A stretch of 64,000 nt of DNA from a virus: IMG/VR virus record IMGVR_UViG_3300045995_000532, positions 38,679 to 102,678 of that record; one strand, written 5' to 3'. Below are positions 1 through 9,200 of this stretch, piece after piece; position 1 is the stretch's first letter; every line of letters begins with the position of its first letter. The notes beneath the pieces were generated by a model that was not told the origin of the DNA, did not search any database, and was given only the letters and a program-made list of their open reading frames with translations. The position numbers and the translations under genes were made by a program.

Positions 1-382
1 TAGCCAAGGGGTAGTCGATCTCAGCGGCCACCCGCGCCACGTACCAGAGGAGGTCACCGAGCTCCGCGGCGATCTCCTGCCGCTTCGCCGGGGTGATCGC
101 ACCCCCGTCATCCCGGAGGATCTTCTTGACCTTGCCCTGCACCTCGCCGGCCTCACCCAACCCCAAGGTCGCGTAGGTGAGCGCGTTGAGCGAGCCCGTG
201 CCGGCCTCCGGGTAGATGGCCGTACAGTCCGTAGCGTTCTGGTAGTGGTTGAAGCCAACCGTCATGATTCCCCCCTGCTGTGCCTCGTGAAGGTCGGCGG
301 GCTCGTCGATCTTCATCAAGCAGTCCTGGCAGACCCAGTACTGCCCGTCTTCGTTGCCGCACTCGCAGCAGGTGTCGCTCAC
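1..382 (-). CDS. MazG-like NTP pyrophosphohydrolase (3' truncated by window); start either GTG 382 (adds a Cys-rich N-terminus) or ATG 265
   Basis: Manual translation: MTVGFNHYQNATDCTAIYPE...LGLGEAGEVQGKVKKILRD...IAAELGDLLWYVA (GEAGE...ELGD MazG motif). Confidence 0.85.
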   Translation of the reverse strand, partial: MSDTCCECGNEDGQYWVCQDCLMKIDEPADLHEAQQGGIMTVGFNHYQNATDCTAIYPEAGTGSLNALTYATLGLGEAGEVQGKVKKILRDDGGAITPAKRQEIAAELGDLLWYVARVAAEIDYPLA

Positions 383-573
383 AGCGCCACCACCGGCGGG
401 CGGATCGCACGCTTCACGCTGTACGCGGCGAGCACCTGCGCCATGCTCGTCTCAAGCAGGGCATCGATGTCCACCATCGGATCTTGACCGACCACGGTCC
501 AGTGCGTTTCCTGCACCACGGTGACGTCCCCCAGGGGGCTCTCCACTGAGATTCGCACGTTGGTGGCCATCAC
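379..573 (-). CDS. Hypothetical phage protein
   Basis: Overlapping start/stop coupling with neighbours. Confidence 0.6.
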   Translation of the reverse strand: MMATNVRISVESPLGDVTVVQETHWTVVGQDPMVDIDALLETSMAQVLAAYSVKRAIRPPVVAL

Positions 574-821
574 TCCTCCGCCGTCTCGTCGGCCGCGGGC
601 TGCCTCAGGTAGTTGTGCGCCAACTCCCAGGCGAAGTCGCGTAGCTGGATGACCAGTTCTTGCGCGGCGGTGCCGAACTCTTCGTGCGCGAACGCCACGT
701 AGAAGGTGTGTCCTCGGTCGAGGAACATGCGCTCGTCGGAGGCGTACCTGGCCGTCAGCTCCACGCCCTCCTCATGGACGGTCATCCCGACCACGTGTGT
801 GCCGTCCAGTTCCTCATCCAT
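570..821 (-). CDS. Hypothetical phage protein
   Basis: Coupled ORF (TGATG overlap) with phage-like codon use. Confidence 0.7.
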   Translation of the reverse strand: MDEELDGTHVVGMTVHEEGVELTARYASDERMFLDRGHTFYVAFAHEEFGTAAQELVIQLRDFAWELAHNYLRQPAADETAEE

Positions 822-1174
822 CAGGCCACCCCTTCAAAGGCCTTGTGGTGCACAGTCCGGGAGACGGTCACCTGAAGTTGCGCCATCGCTGCAGGGTCAC
901 GCCGCAGCCGGCGCAGCGCGCCTGGCATGAGACCGCCCCAGACACCTTCCGCGCGCACGTTCAGTGCCCCTTCCAGCCGGCACTCGAGCAACACCGGGCA
1001 CTGGCCCGACTCGGACGTGCCCTGGCAGCCGCGGGCCGCCAGGGCCTGCTGGGCGCTGTGCGGGCTGGTCCACATGTCCGGGTCGACCTTCGCGCACACC
1101 ACGCCGCCGCGGGGGATGAAGACCCACTCCCAGACGGGATCCACCGCCCGCCGGCCTATTCCGCCGTAGACCAT
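821..1174 (-). CDS. whiB: WhiB-family Fe-S transcriptional regulator
   Basis: Four Cys (CAKVDPDMW...C...CPVLLEC) followed by the GVWGG turn motif. Confidence 0.85.
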   Translation of the reverse strand: MVYGGIGRRAVDPVWEWVFIPRGGVVCAKVDPDMWTSPHSAQQALAARGCQGTSESGQCPVLLECRLEGALNVRAEGVWGGLMPGALRRLRRDPAAMAQLQVTVSRTVHHKAFEGVA

Positions 1175-1710
1175 TCGACAGCCTCCATAGCTTTGAGATT
1201 TAGCTCGGGCAAGTGGTGCTCAAGTGGGGAGCCGTAGTGGCGAGCACCCATGGCGGCGATGATCAACGAGTCGGCGATGTCGTTACCGGTGACCTCCACC
1301 AGGTCTCGGTACCGGTTGATAACCGCGGCCAGCACGATGTCCTTGTCGGCCTGACCCTTCCCGGTCGCGTACTTCATCCTTTGGCTCGGAGTGATCACGT
1401 AGTAGGGGAGCTCCAGTTGGTACAGGCGCTGGGTGATGGCCCACCAGAGGCCAGCCACCTGATGCACCGAGGCGCCCTTGGAGCCGTACGAGGGGCCCTC
1501 GATGCCAACCCGGAGATGGTTATACGGGCACCGCGCCGCCATGTCGGTGATGGCCGTCAGGATCTCGTCGATGCGGTCGTGCTCCTGGATACGGGTGCGC
1601 GCCTTGATTGCCCTCGGCTTGACCCGTCGAGTGTGCAGCACCACTCCCTCGGCCACCATCGATAGCCCTGTGGACGTTAAAGAAGGATCTATTCCTAATA
1701 CGGCGATCAT
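1156..1710 (-). CDS. ruvC: RuvC-like Holliday junction resolvase
   Basis: VLGIDPSLTSTG, IEG, KYATGKGQADK and DIADS acidic catalytic motifs. Confidence 0.9.
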   Translation of the reverse strand: MIAVLGIDPSLTSTGLSMVAEGVVLHTRRVKPRAIKARTRIQEHDRIDEILTAITDMAARCPYNHLRVGIEGPSYGSKGASVHQVAGLWWAITQRLYQLELPYYVITPSQRMKYATGKGQADKDIVLAAVINRYRDLVEVTGNDIADSLIIAAMGARHYGSPLEHHLPELNLKAMEAVEWSTAE

Positions 1711-1714
1711 GGCT

Positions 1715-2053
1715 TTAAGCGCGCAATACGCCGTCATCGTCTTCGTCCGTGGGATCCCACGGCGCCGGATCGGCGGTGAGCACCTTGAGGAGATGCGTCC
1801 TGATCAGCTGGCCGTCCTTGTCGACCGCATGGTTCACGCCCGTGACGCGGGTCTCTACGATCAGGCGCACCCGGTCGTCGGTGTGCAGGACCAGCCCGTT
1901 CGTCTCGTCTAGGCTGGTCAGGCCGGTGATCTTCGTGGACGTGCCATCCACGACCCGGCCCTCAAACGTCAGCGTCTCGTTGTCGACTACCTTCAAAGTC
2001 TTCTCAGTGGATTTCACGTCTTCGACGTCCGAGAACGGGTTCGCTACAGTCAT
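1715..2053 (-). CDS. Hypothetical phage protein
   Basis: MTVANPFSD... after a GAGGAG RBS. Confidence 0.7.
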   Translation of the reverse strand: MTVANPFSDVEDVKSTEKTLKVVDNETLTFEGRVVDGTSTKITGLTSLDETNGLVLHTDDRVRLIVETRVTGVNHAVDKDGQLIRTHLLKVLTADPAPWDPTDEDDDGVLRA

Positions 2054-2054
2054 G

Positions 2055-2405
2055 TCACTTCTCCTCGATCGGAACACTGGGTTGGTAGGGAATGGTTCGG
2101 CTGCAGGTGCCACAGATCCACCAGGTCGCCTGGCCGGCGAGTTTGTAGAGCTGACGTTCAGCCTTGGATGCTTTACGACTTGTCGCGGGGCAGCACGTGA
2201 CGGGGAGCTTGTTTTCGTTCCACAGGGCGCGTGGGCGGCCCATCTGGCAGGAACTGCACACCTGATCCGTCGCGGGGGCGTCGCAGGCGTCTTCGTATCG
2301 CTGGTAGCACGCGGAGCATTGATGTGCGTGCGGGCGGCCCGTAAGGTTCGCCCCCACCCCGCCTGAAAAGGTCGCAAGCTTCGGTTTCCAGATCGCCCTG
2401 GCCAT
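2055..2405 (-). CDS. Cys-rich putative zinc-finger protein
   Basis: CSAC, CSSC, CC and CGTC motifs; GGGGAG RBS. Confidence 0.65.
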   Translation of the reverse strand: MARAIWKPKLATFSGGVGANLTGRPHAHQCSACYQRYEDACDAPATDQVCSSCQMGRPRALWNENKLPVTCCPATSRKASKAERQLYKLAGQATWWICGTCSRTIPYQPSVPIEEK

Positions 2406-2474
2406 CTACAGACTCCCCCCACCGGCGGCACCACATGCCGTCCAGATACCCACATCGGCTGCACGAGCGGCCCC

Positions 2475-2900
2475 TCATAGGTGCAAGTTCCACGCTGCCC
2501 ACTCCTCGTAGATCTCGATCCGTGCCGGCCCTGCCGCACGGATCAACCGGTCCAGCCACACAGAGTCCGTCTTATCTCCTTCAATCGCGATCGCGTCGGC
2601 GATGGCCGTCTCGAGGTTCTGGGCCTTGTCGGCCTGGTCTTCGCCGCGCTTCCACCGGCGTGCTGGATCAATCAGTTTGTACAGGTCCCACGCATGCTTG
2701 ACGACCTGCCCGGTTGTTCGCGCGTACTCGATGGCGAGGAGGAGATCCGCGACGTCGACGCCGCGCTTCTCCCGGGTGCGGCGAATCTTGCTGATCCCGA
2801 GCGCCCGAGCTTCATACCAGGGCTGCACGCCGTCGAAGTCGGCGACGCCGAAGAAACGGTGAAGGTCGTCGAAGATCTTGCTGTCCGCTGGGACGGTCAC
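2475..2900 (-). CDS. Hypothetical phage protein
   Basis: GTGA-coupled start; coding-like composition. Confidence 0.7.
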   Translation of the reverse strand: MTVPADSKIFDDLHRFFGVADFDGVQPWYEARALGISKIRRTREKRGVDVADLLLAIEYARTTGQVVKHAWDLYKLIDPARRWKRGEDQADKAQNLETAIADAIAIEGDKTDSVWLDRLIRAAGPARIEIYEEWAAWNLHL

Positions 2901-3055
2901 CGTTCGACCAGGTGCACCTCGTCGGCGACGCCCTGCAGGCACTGGTGTGCGAGTGCCCACGCCTTGAGGATCGGCCCGAACGGGGAATCTTTACGCTGCC
3001 CGCAACGGGTGCATGTGACCGACACGTCGGTCCATGTGAACAGATCAGTTGGCAT
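2897..3055 (-). CDS. Small CxxC...HxC protein
   Basis: CTRC...HQC; coupled to neighbours. Confidence 0.55.
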   Translation of the reverse strand: MPTDLFTWTDVSVTCTRCGQRKDSPFGPILKAWALAHQCLQGVADEVHLVER

Positions 3056-3323
3056 CGGTGATCCCGACGACGATGTCAATCACGGCGGTGGCGGCCGCCG
3101 CGGACTCGGGGGAGGAGAAGTACCCGTAGACCTCCACCACGCCGGCCTGGACGGAGTAGATCGCGACGCGCTCCTTGGTGGGGACCAGTCCGATCTGGAA
3201 GGAGAGCGGTCCGCGGCCCCAACCGTGCCCCTCGTAGGAACGATCTGCCGGGACGAAGTCGAACCCGTCCTGCGGGATGTCAGAGTGCCGCTTGGCGATC
3301 TCGTCGTAGTCGCGGTCGGTCAC
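3045..3323 (-). CDS. Hypothetical phage protein
   Basis: Coupled ORF with AAGGAG RBS. Confidence 0.65.
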   Translation of the reverse strand: MTDRDYDEIAKRHSDIPQDGFDFVPADRSYEGHGWGRGPLSFQIGLVPTKERVAIYSVQAGVVEVYGYFSSPESAAAATAVIDIVVGITDAN

Positions 3324-3574
3324 GGGAGCTCCTTCAGGTGCACATCAATGATGTCAAGGTCGATGAAGTTGCGGCGGGCGCCGCTCTGGCGTCGTGCGGT
3401 ATCCAGTTCGTCGACGACGAGCATCGCTGCAGGTCCGTCCTCGAGGAACCGGCGGATCGCGTAGCCGTTCGCAACCATGTCACTACCGCCCAGCCACTCA
3501 GTCAGAGCAGCGTCGTCAACGTAAAGATCTACGGTTGTCGCCGATGTCTCCTGATATGTGACACTCACCTTCAT
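3320..3574 (-). CDS. Hypothetical phage protein
   Basis: Coupled ORF with AAGGAG RBS. Confidence 0.65.
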   Translation of the reverse strand: MKVSVTYQETSATTVDLYVDDAALTEWLGGSDMVANGYAIRRFLEDGPAAMLVVDELDTARRQSGARRNFIDLDIIDVHLKELP

Positions 3575-3720
3575 GACTTCTCCTTCAGGACAAGAGTTGC
3601 TTCCTGGCCCAGCCGGATGCCATCCTTGACGTGCTTGATGGGGACCATCAGCTCCACGATCAGGTGCGTGTCCTTGTAAGGACGCACGGCAGTGACATGG
3701 GTCCGGATCTCGGTGCTCAC
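3571..3720 (-). CDS. Small hypothetical phage protein
   Basis: GTGA-coupled start, MSTEIRTH... Confidence 0.55.
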   Translation of the reverse strand: MSTEIRTHVTAVRPYKDTHLIVELMVPIKHVKDGIRLGQEATLVLKEKS

Positions 3721-3926
3721 AGGACTTCCTCGATCTCTAGGTGGCCGTGCTCGGTACGGGATATGTCCCACTCACCCATGAGGGGCGCCTCACTGGGTCC
3801 GGTGATGAAGTCGACGTTGCCGGGCATGATCTCCCATGCCATGTCCTCTGCCTCCTCGACATCTGCGGCATTAACCTCCAGCACTGCGGAGATCGTATTC
3901 TGGACGTAAATCTGGTACCGCGGCAT
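3717..3926 (-). CDS. Small hypothetical phage protein
   Basis: TGATG-coupled start, GGAGG RBS. Confidence 0.65.
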   Translation of the reverse strand: MPRYQIYVQNTISAVLEVNAADVEEAEDMAWEIMPGNVDFITGPSEAPLMGEWDISRTEHGHLEIEEVL

Positions 3927-4978
3927 CAGAGATCCCTCCATTCGGTTGCGTAGCTTCTTCCGGGCATGGCCAGGCCGCGGGCGGCATAGATGACGTGCTC
4001 AGCAAGCAGGGGCGGTATTGCATCGCCGGCAGACTGGTGCTGGCGCTGCTTCGTGCCGATCCACGGGTATCCAGGCGGGAACGTCTGCAACGCGGCCGCC
4101 TCCTCGATACTCACTCGGATGCCGTCGCTGCGAGACTTGATGATGGAGATGTTGTGCCGGCTGGCATTGACTCCCGGCATAGCGATGTACTCCCGGCCGA
4201 TCACCACAGGGGAGGGTCGTCCTGCGGGCCAGGTGGGGTCGTAGACGACTCCGGATGGCGCGTAGATCCGTGGCGCCACCTCGGCCGCGAGAGCCTCCCC
4301 TGTACCCCAGCCGAGAGCTTCAGCCATACTCACCCAGCGGGGCAGCCCGACGTCGACGAGGTCGGGGTGGTGCATGTGGAAGCGCGAGTGTGACGGCTGG
4401 GGCATCCCGATGCGCCACTCCCGGTTGGCGATCAGGATGGCGCGGCGCCTGGTCTGCGGGACCCCGTATGCCTCCGCGTTGAGGATGGCGGTCTCCACCC
4501 AGTACCCGAGACGGCGCAGCACCACGGCGTAGGCCTCCCAGATGGGCAGCACGGAGGGGACCTGCTCCATGGCGATCCACGTCGGGTGGGTCTCAACGAT
4601 GATGCGCAACGGCTCCAGCACCAGCGCGGAGGACTCGTCTACCTCGACGCCCAGCCGCTCGAGTGCCGCCGGCGGCAGGTAACCCTCCGCGACCAGGTAT
4701 ACGGCCTTGATCAGGTCGTTGCGGGCAGCCAAGCCGGCGCCGTCACCCATTCGAGAGAACGTGGTGCACGGCGGTGAGGCGACCATGCCCACGTACTCGT
4801 CCGGAGCGGCATCGAAAGCACGCACATCCATGAGCGTGCGGTGATGCCCGGCCGCCTGAGCGGTGGCGAACGCATCCGGGTCCCACTCGATGCCATGCTC
4901 GGCGAAACCCATGCGCGCGAGCGCTATCGACCAACCCCCGCTTCCAGCGCACAAATCCAAGACGACGCCATTGATCAC
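3926..4978 (-). CDS. C5-cytosine DNA methyltransferase (orphan)
   Basis: Motif I DLCAGSGG, motif IV SPPC, motif VI variant MEQV, motif VIII QTRRR, motifs IX/X LQTFP...GDAIPP. Confidence 0.93.
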   Translation of the reverse strand: MINGVVLDLCAGSGGWSIALARMGFAEHGIEWDPDAFATAQAAGHHRTLMDVRAFDAAPDEYVGMVASPPCTTFSRMGDGAGLAARNDLIKAVYLVAEGYLPPAALERLGVEVDESSALVLEPLRIIVETHPTWIAMEQVPSVLPIWEAYAVVLRRLGYWVETAILNAEAYGVPQTRRRAILIANREWRIGMPQPSHSRFHMHHPDLVDVGLPRWVSMAEALGWGTGEALAAEVAPRIYAPSGVVYDPTWPAGRPSPVVIGREYIAMPGVNASRHNISIIKSRSDGIRVSIEEAAALQTFPPGYPWIGTKQRQHQSAGDAIPPLLAEHVIYAARGLAMPGRSYATEWRDL

Positions 4979-5568
4979 AGGGCATCCCAGTCGACCGCGG
5001 TGGACTTCTCGATCTGGGGGAGTCCAGCACCACCGGACAGCTCGGTGAGTTCACCTGCGGCCCACGCACGAAGGACATTGGTCCGGCCATCCTTCGTCAG
5101 CCGCACCTGGAAGCCGGTGGGCTGACCGGCGGGGCGGAATACGATACCCGGCACCACCTCGCCAGTCCCCGGGTCGACCATCACCTGCGCACCGTCATCC
5201 CAGACGAGACGCTTCAGCAGGGCCGCCTTCGCTGCCGGCCAGAACTCGACGAAGCGCATCTCCTCCTGCGCCGGGACGACAACCTCGCGGACCGTGGCCG
5301 GGCTGGATACCTTCGCCCAGTCCAAGAGCGCACCTTCGTCCTCGATCTCGTAGGACTCCGCCGGCTGGACGAGCCCGATGGTCCCAACCTTGCCGACCTT
5401 GGGCAGCAGCACGTCGAACGTCTTGATGCCCTCCTCCGCCCAACGGTCGAAGAGCAGCTGCTCGTGCTCGTTGCGCTCGGATTTGAGTGCGGTGATGAAC
5501 GCGTCAGAGATGGTCTTGAACAGGGCGATACGCAGGTTCCGCTCGCGCAGATTCAGTTTCTTGGCCAT
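4975..5568 (-). CDS. Hypothetical protein, possibly a Mu Gam-like DNA end-protection protein
   Basis: N-terminal helix, then KTFDVLLP..G..G...QP...DE.ALL.W and VDPGTGEVVPG, resembling Gam-family C-termini (by eye). Confidence 0.45.
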   Translation of the reverse strand: MAKKLNLRERNLRIALFKTISDAFITALKSERNEHEQLLFDRWAEEGIKTFDVLLPKVGKVGTIGLVQPAESYEIEDEGALLDWAKVSSPATVREVVVPAQEEMRFVEFWPAAKAALLKRLVWDDGAQVMVDPGTGEVVPGIVFRPAGQPTGFQVRLTKDGRTNVLRAWAAGELTELSGGAGLPQIEKSTAVDWDAL

Positions 5569-5780
5569 CAGAAGACGCCGTCTTCGACTACAGGGACCCA
5601 GCCAGCAGGCTGAATCAAGATCCCGCGCACGGCGAGCTGCTCAAGTTCATGGGCCGCCATGTCCATCGAGTCCTCATAGATCTCACCGCAGAAGCACTCG
5701 CCGTACTCCTCGGTGTCAGCGTAACCGTGGCTCCTGAGCACACTCCAGGCTGCAGCCCAAATCCGTTCAACGTCAGCCAT
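5568..5780 (-). CDS. Small hypothetical protein (CxC...H)
   Basis: TGATG-coupled at both ends. Confidence 0.6.
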   Translation of the reverse strand: MADVERIWAAAWSVLRSHGYADTEEYGECFCGEIYEDSMDMAAHELEQLAVRGILIQPAGWVPVVEDGVF

Positions 5781-6727
5781 CAGAGGTCGTCCCATTCGGT
5801 CGAGGTGTGCTTGAGCCTGGTTCGCAGCGACAGGTCCAGGTACTCGGGGTTCAAGTCGATGCCGACATACTCGCGCCCGTTCCTGATGGCCGCGAGTCCC
5901 GTGGTGCCTGATCCGCTGAACGGGTCGAGCACGAGGCCACCCGGTTTGCAGCCGGCCAGGATGCACCGCTCCGGGAGCTCAGGCGGAAACGTGGCGAAGT
6001 GCGCCTGACGGGACCGTTCGGAACTGATCGACCACACATCGCCGGGGTTCTTGCCGAGCGGGTTCGCGGTGTAGTGGGTCGTGCGGCCGACGTGCGGGAC
6101 CCTGATGGCATCCAGGTTGAAGTGGTAGCGGGGGCTTTTCGCGAAGAAGAACACGTGCTCGTAGCGTGTGCTGAGTCGGTCCTGGATGGACTCTGGGATG
6201 GCGTTCGGGCGCTCCCAGATGATCGCGTTCCGTAAGACCCAGGTGTCGTTCTGCAAGGCGAAGGCGACGCGCCAGGGGAGCCCCATGAGGTTCTTTTTCG
6301 GTGGCGCACCCTGCTTGATCACCCCGGTCTTGCTGGCGATGTCCGGGTAGCGGTCGTCGTGGACGGGCGTCATGATTGGCCCGTTCACTGCGCGCTGGGT
6401 TCCCCGTTCCTTCTTGCGTCCTTGATTCCCCCACGAGCCGCTGAACGAATCCCCGATGTTGATCCAGAGGGTCCCATCGTCAGCGAGAACGCGTCGCACC
6501 TCAGCGAAGATGTCCCGGAGGACCTGGACGTACTCATCCAGGGAGGACTCGGCACCGACCTGGCCGGGGATCCCATAGTTGCGGAGCCCGAGATAAGGCG
6601 GGCTGGTCACGCAACAGTCCACCGACGTGTCTGCCATCGTGCGGAGCACCTCAAGCGCGTCCCCATGCCACAGGGTCACACCCGCGCGCTGGTGGTGGAT
6701 GCGCGGCGCCGCGATCGTCGCCATCAT
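5780..6727 (-). CDS. N4-cytosine/N6-adenine DNA methyltransferase, beta class (orphan)
   Basis: TSPPY catalytic motif precedes HFATFP and the DPFSGSGTT SAM-binding motif. Confidence 0.95.
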   Translation of the reverse strand: MMATIAAPRIHHQRAGVTLWHGDALEVLRTMADTSVDCCVTSPPYLGLRNYGIPGQVGAESSLDEYVQVLRDIFAEVRRVLADDGTLWINIGDSFSGSWGNQGRKKERGTQRAVNGPIMTPVHDDRYPDIASKTGVIKQGAPPKKNLMGLPWRVAFALQNDTWVLRNAIIWERPNAIPESIQDRLSTRYEHVFFFAKSPRYHFNLDAIRVPHVGRTTHYTANPLGKNPGDVWSISSERSRQAHFATFPPELPERCILAGCKPGGLVLDPFSGSGTTGLAAIRNGREYVGIDLNPEYLDLSLRTRLKHTSTEWDDL

Positions 6728-7065
6728 CCGAGCTCCTTGGCGAACGGTGGCTGCTCGCCGACGGCCGCGATGTACCCGTCGTAGGCGACATCGAAGGCCT
6801 CGCTCGTCCACGGCTCCGGCAGGGTCCCCAGCGCCACCTGGAGGCCCCGCTGCCAGCGTGCATACCGGCGGTGTTCGGGACTGAAGATGTAGCGGCACAA
6901 CCACCAGGGGGCCACCACGACGCACACAGCCCGGTACAGCGGGTCGCCGTCGTCGTCGGTGCGTGATGTCCACGGCCACGGGATGACGACGGTGTGACGG
7001 AACCACTCATCGGAGCCGAGCGAAGGCCACCTGGCGCACCACTGCGAGTAGAACCAGATGATCAT
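6724..7065 (-). CDS. Hypothetical Trp-rich phage protein
   Basis: ATGA-coupled to both neighbours. Confidence 0.6.
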   Translation of the reverse strand: MIIWFYSQWCARWPSLGSDEWFRHTVVIPWPWTSRTDDDGDPLYRAVCVVVAPWWLCRYIFSPEHRRYARWQRGLQVALGTLPEPWTSEAFDVAYDGYIAAVGEQPPFAKELG

Positions 7066-9005
7066 CGGGTGAGCTCCTCAGTGGTAAACGGAAGTTCGTC
7101 CTGGAGCCGCACCAGCGCGGTCTGGCGGTCCCGGTTGTAGATGGACTCGTAGGAGTCACCGCGGTTGAATGCGCTGTTCTCCATGTCGACACGGTTGGTG
7201 TTGCGCCGATCGGACGGATCCACGATCGCGAGCGACGCGTGCGACATCGACAGGGAGGCGACCCGCCCCTTGTTGCCGTGCCGGCTCTTGAGGATCTTCA
7301 CCTTCAGTTCCGAGTGCACCGCGCCGGCCAGGGAAGCATCGGCGATCGCATTGGCCTCCCATGGCCGGTAGATCCCGAACAGGAAGTCGGCGGTCTCCTC
7401 CACGGCGCCGGCATCGCGAGCATCGTCCTCGCTGATCGGCTCACCAGGTTTCGCGGACCGGTTCACCTGGGAGGGCACGATGATGGCAACCTCGTGCTCC
7501 TTAGCTAGCCGCTTGAGGTCCATGATCGCGTTGGTGACACGCTCGTACTGGTCCTTGCCGCGTTGGGCCCTGGCGTAGTAGCCGAGGTAGTCCACGAAGA
7601 CCAGCTGGGCGACCTCGCCGGTCTCCTCCGCGAACTCGTCCATGAGGGCGCCGAACTCGCTCGAGGACACCATGTTCTCGTCAACAAGCCGCAAGAGCGG
7701 GAAAAGATTCTCCAGTTCCGTATCGCTCATTGCCGGGTGGAAGAACCGGGCGATGCGCCGCAGCCGGTTCCACGTCTCCGCCACGGTCAACTCAAGAGTG
7801 ATGAACAAGCAGGGGAGATTTCGGTTGTAATAGGCGATACATGCCAGTATGACCGATTTGCCCACCCCTGTTCTGGCAAGCGGGACAGTTACGGACCCGG
7901 GGCGCAGGCCTGGCTTCAGCAGTGCATCGAGGGTGGGCCAGCCGAGCTTGATGCCTGGCTTGGATGACTCCAGTTCGCGCAGTTTCCACGCGGACTCACC
8001 CACGGAGTAGACACGCTTGTCGCGCATGTCCGCTTCAGCGAGCTGGGCCATGATGTCGGCCCAGCCATGGTTCTGCCCGGGGGCCAACCAGTCCGACCAG
8101 TCCTTGACGTCGGGAACCTCCACGACGCGCGCCTTGGCCCCCAGGACGTCCCGTAGCTTCAGGGCGGCCCGCTTCCCGGTGTCGTCGTTGTCGAGGCCGA
8201 TGTAGACCCTCTTGGCGTTCTCGAAGTAGCGCGCGAAACCCTTCTGTCCGTCCGGCCATGCCTCAGCGCCGGCAAGCCCGACCACGCGGATCTTGCGGGC
8301 ACGTACATCCGGCGAAGCGGATAGACATTGCTGGCAAATAAGACAATCCATCTCGCCCTCTGTGATGAGGACGAACTCTGCGCCGCGCAGGGCATCGGCG
8401 TTATACAGACGGACGTTCTCGCCAGGCGTGGTGACGTACTTCCCGAGCGGGTCCTTGCCGCGCAGCTGGACGACCTGCTGGCTGGACAGGTACGGGATGA
8501 CGATCTTCCCAGAGAGGAACTCCCAACCCTTCTCGTTCAACAGCCCGGTCTCGCGGACCTCAGCCCGGGTGTACCCGCCAGGAACTCCAACACCATCCAA
8601 GCCGTCGATCAGGCTGACGCCGCGGGGGTGGTAGCCGAACCGCGCCTTGGCGATCGTGTCGTCGGAGAGGCCGCGGTGGCGCAGGTAGTCGAGCATCGGG
8701 GTGTTACCAGCCAAGGCAGCGACGGCGGCCGTGAGATAGAGCTCGTTGATCTCTAGTCGGCGGGACGGCTTGAACGCGGGGGCCGACTCCTTGACTTCAT
8801 CGCCGAAGTGCTCAAGCAGTGTCCGATATCCACCGGATTGTCCGCATATCTTGCAATCGAATCCACCAGACTCAGAGTTGATGTAGAGCTTGCCCTTACG
8901 GTGGGACTCCCCGCAAAAGAAACACTGGAGGGTCAACTCCTTGCCGCTGGTCCGGTAGACCTCCAGGCCCTTGGTCTTGAGGTAGGTCTCGATGTCTTCG
9001 GTCAT
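7062..9005 (-). CDS. DNA primase-helicase (Zn finger + TOPRIM + DnaB-like SF4 helicase)
   Basis: CFFC...CKIC zinc finger; ITEGEMD and LDNDDTG TOPRIM; Walker A ARTGVGKS, FVDYL, SQVNR, KSRHG; AGGAGG RBS. Confidence 0.95.
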   Translation of the reverse strand: MTEDIETYLKTKGLEVYRTSGKELTLQCFFCGESHRKGKLYINSESGGFDCKICGQSGGYRTLLEHFGDEVKESAPAFKPSRRLEINELYLTAAVAALAGNTPMLDYLRHRGLSDDTIAKARFGYHPRGVSLIDGLDGVGVPGGYTRAEVRETGLLNEKGWEFLSGKIVIPYLSSQQVVQLRGKDPLGKYVTTPGENVRLYNADALRGAEFVLITEGEMDCLICQQCLSASPDVRARKIRVVGLAGAEAWPDGQKGFARYFENAKRVYIGLDNDDTGKRAALKLRDVLGAKARVVEVPDVKDWSDWLAPGQNHGWADIMAQLAEADMRDKRVYSVGESAWKLRELESSKPGIKLGWPTLDALLKPGLRPGSVTVPLARTGVGKSVILACIAYYNRNLPCLFITLELTVAETWNRLRRIARFFHPAMSDTELENLFPLLRLVDENMVSSSEFGALMDEFAEETGEVAQLVFVDYLGYYARAQRGKDQYERVTNAIMDLKRLAKEHEVAIIVPSQVNRSAKPGEPISEDDARDAGAVEETADFLFGIYRPWEANAIADASLAGAVHSELKVKILKSRHGNKGRVASLSMSHASLAIVDPSDRRNTNRVDMENSAFNRGDSYESIYNRDRQTALVRLQDELPFTTEELTR

Positions 9006-9200
9006 ACTGAACGACCTCCTCTCGTGGGTGGGCGGGAGATCCGGCAGACAAGCAGCACACTTGCCTGCCGGATCTGATCTGAGGGACGCCATGGTGGGTC
9101 GTTTACAGACGAGCGTTTCGGGCTTTCACCTAGCGCTGCCGTCCCGACCTAGCCGGGGATCACGCCCGTCCGGGCGACTAGTACAAACTCGGACATATCA

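Noticed and set aside
3926-6727. Restriction-modification system
   Set aside because: No adjacent restriction endonuclease; context is a phage replication operon
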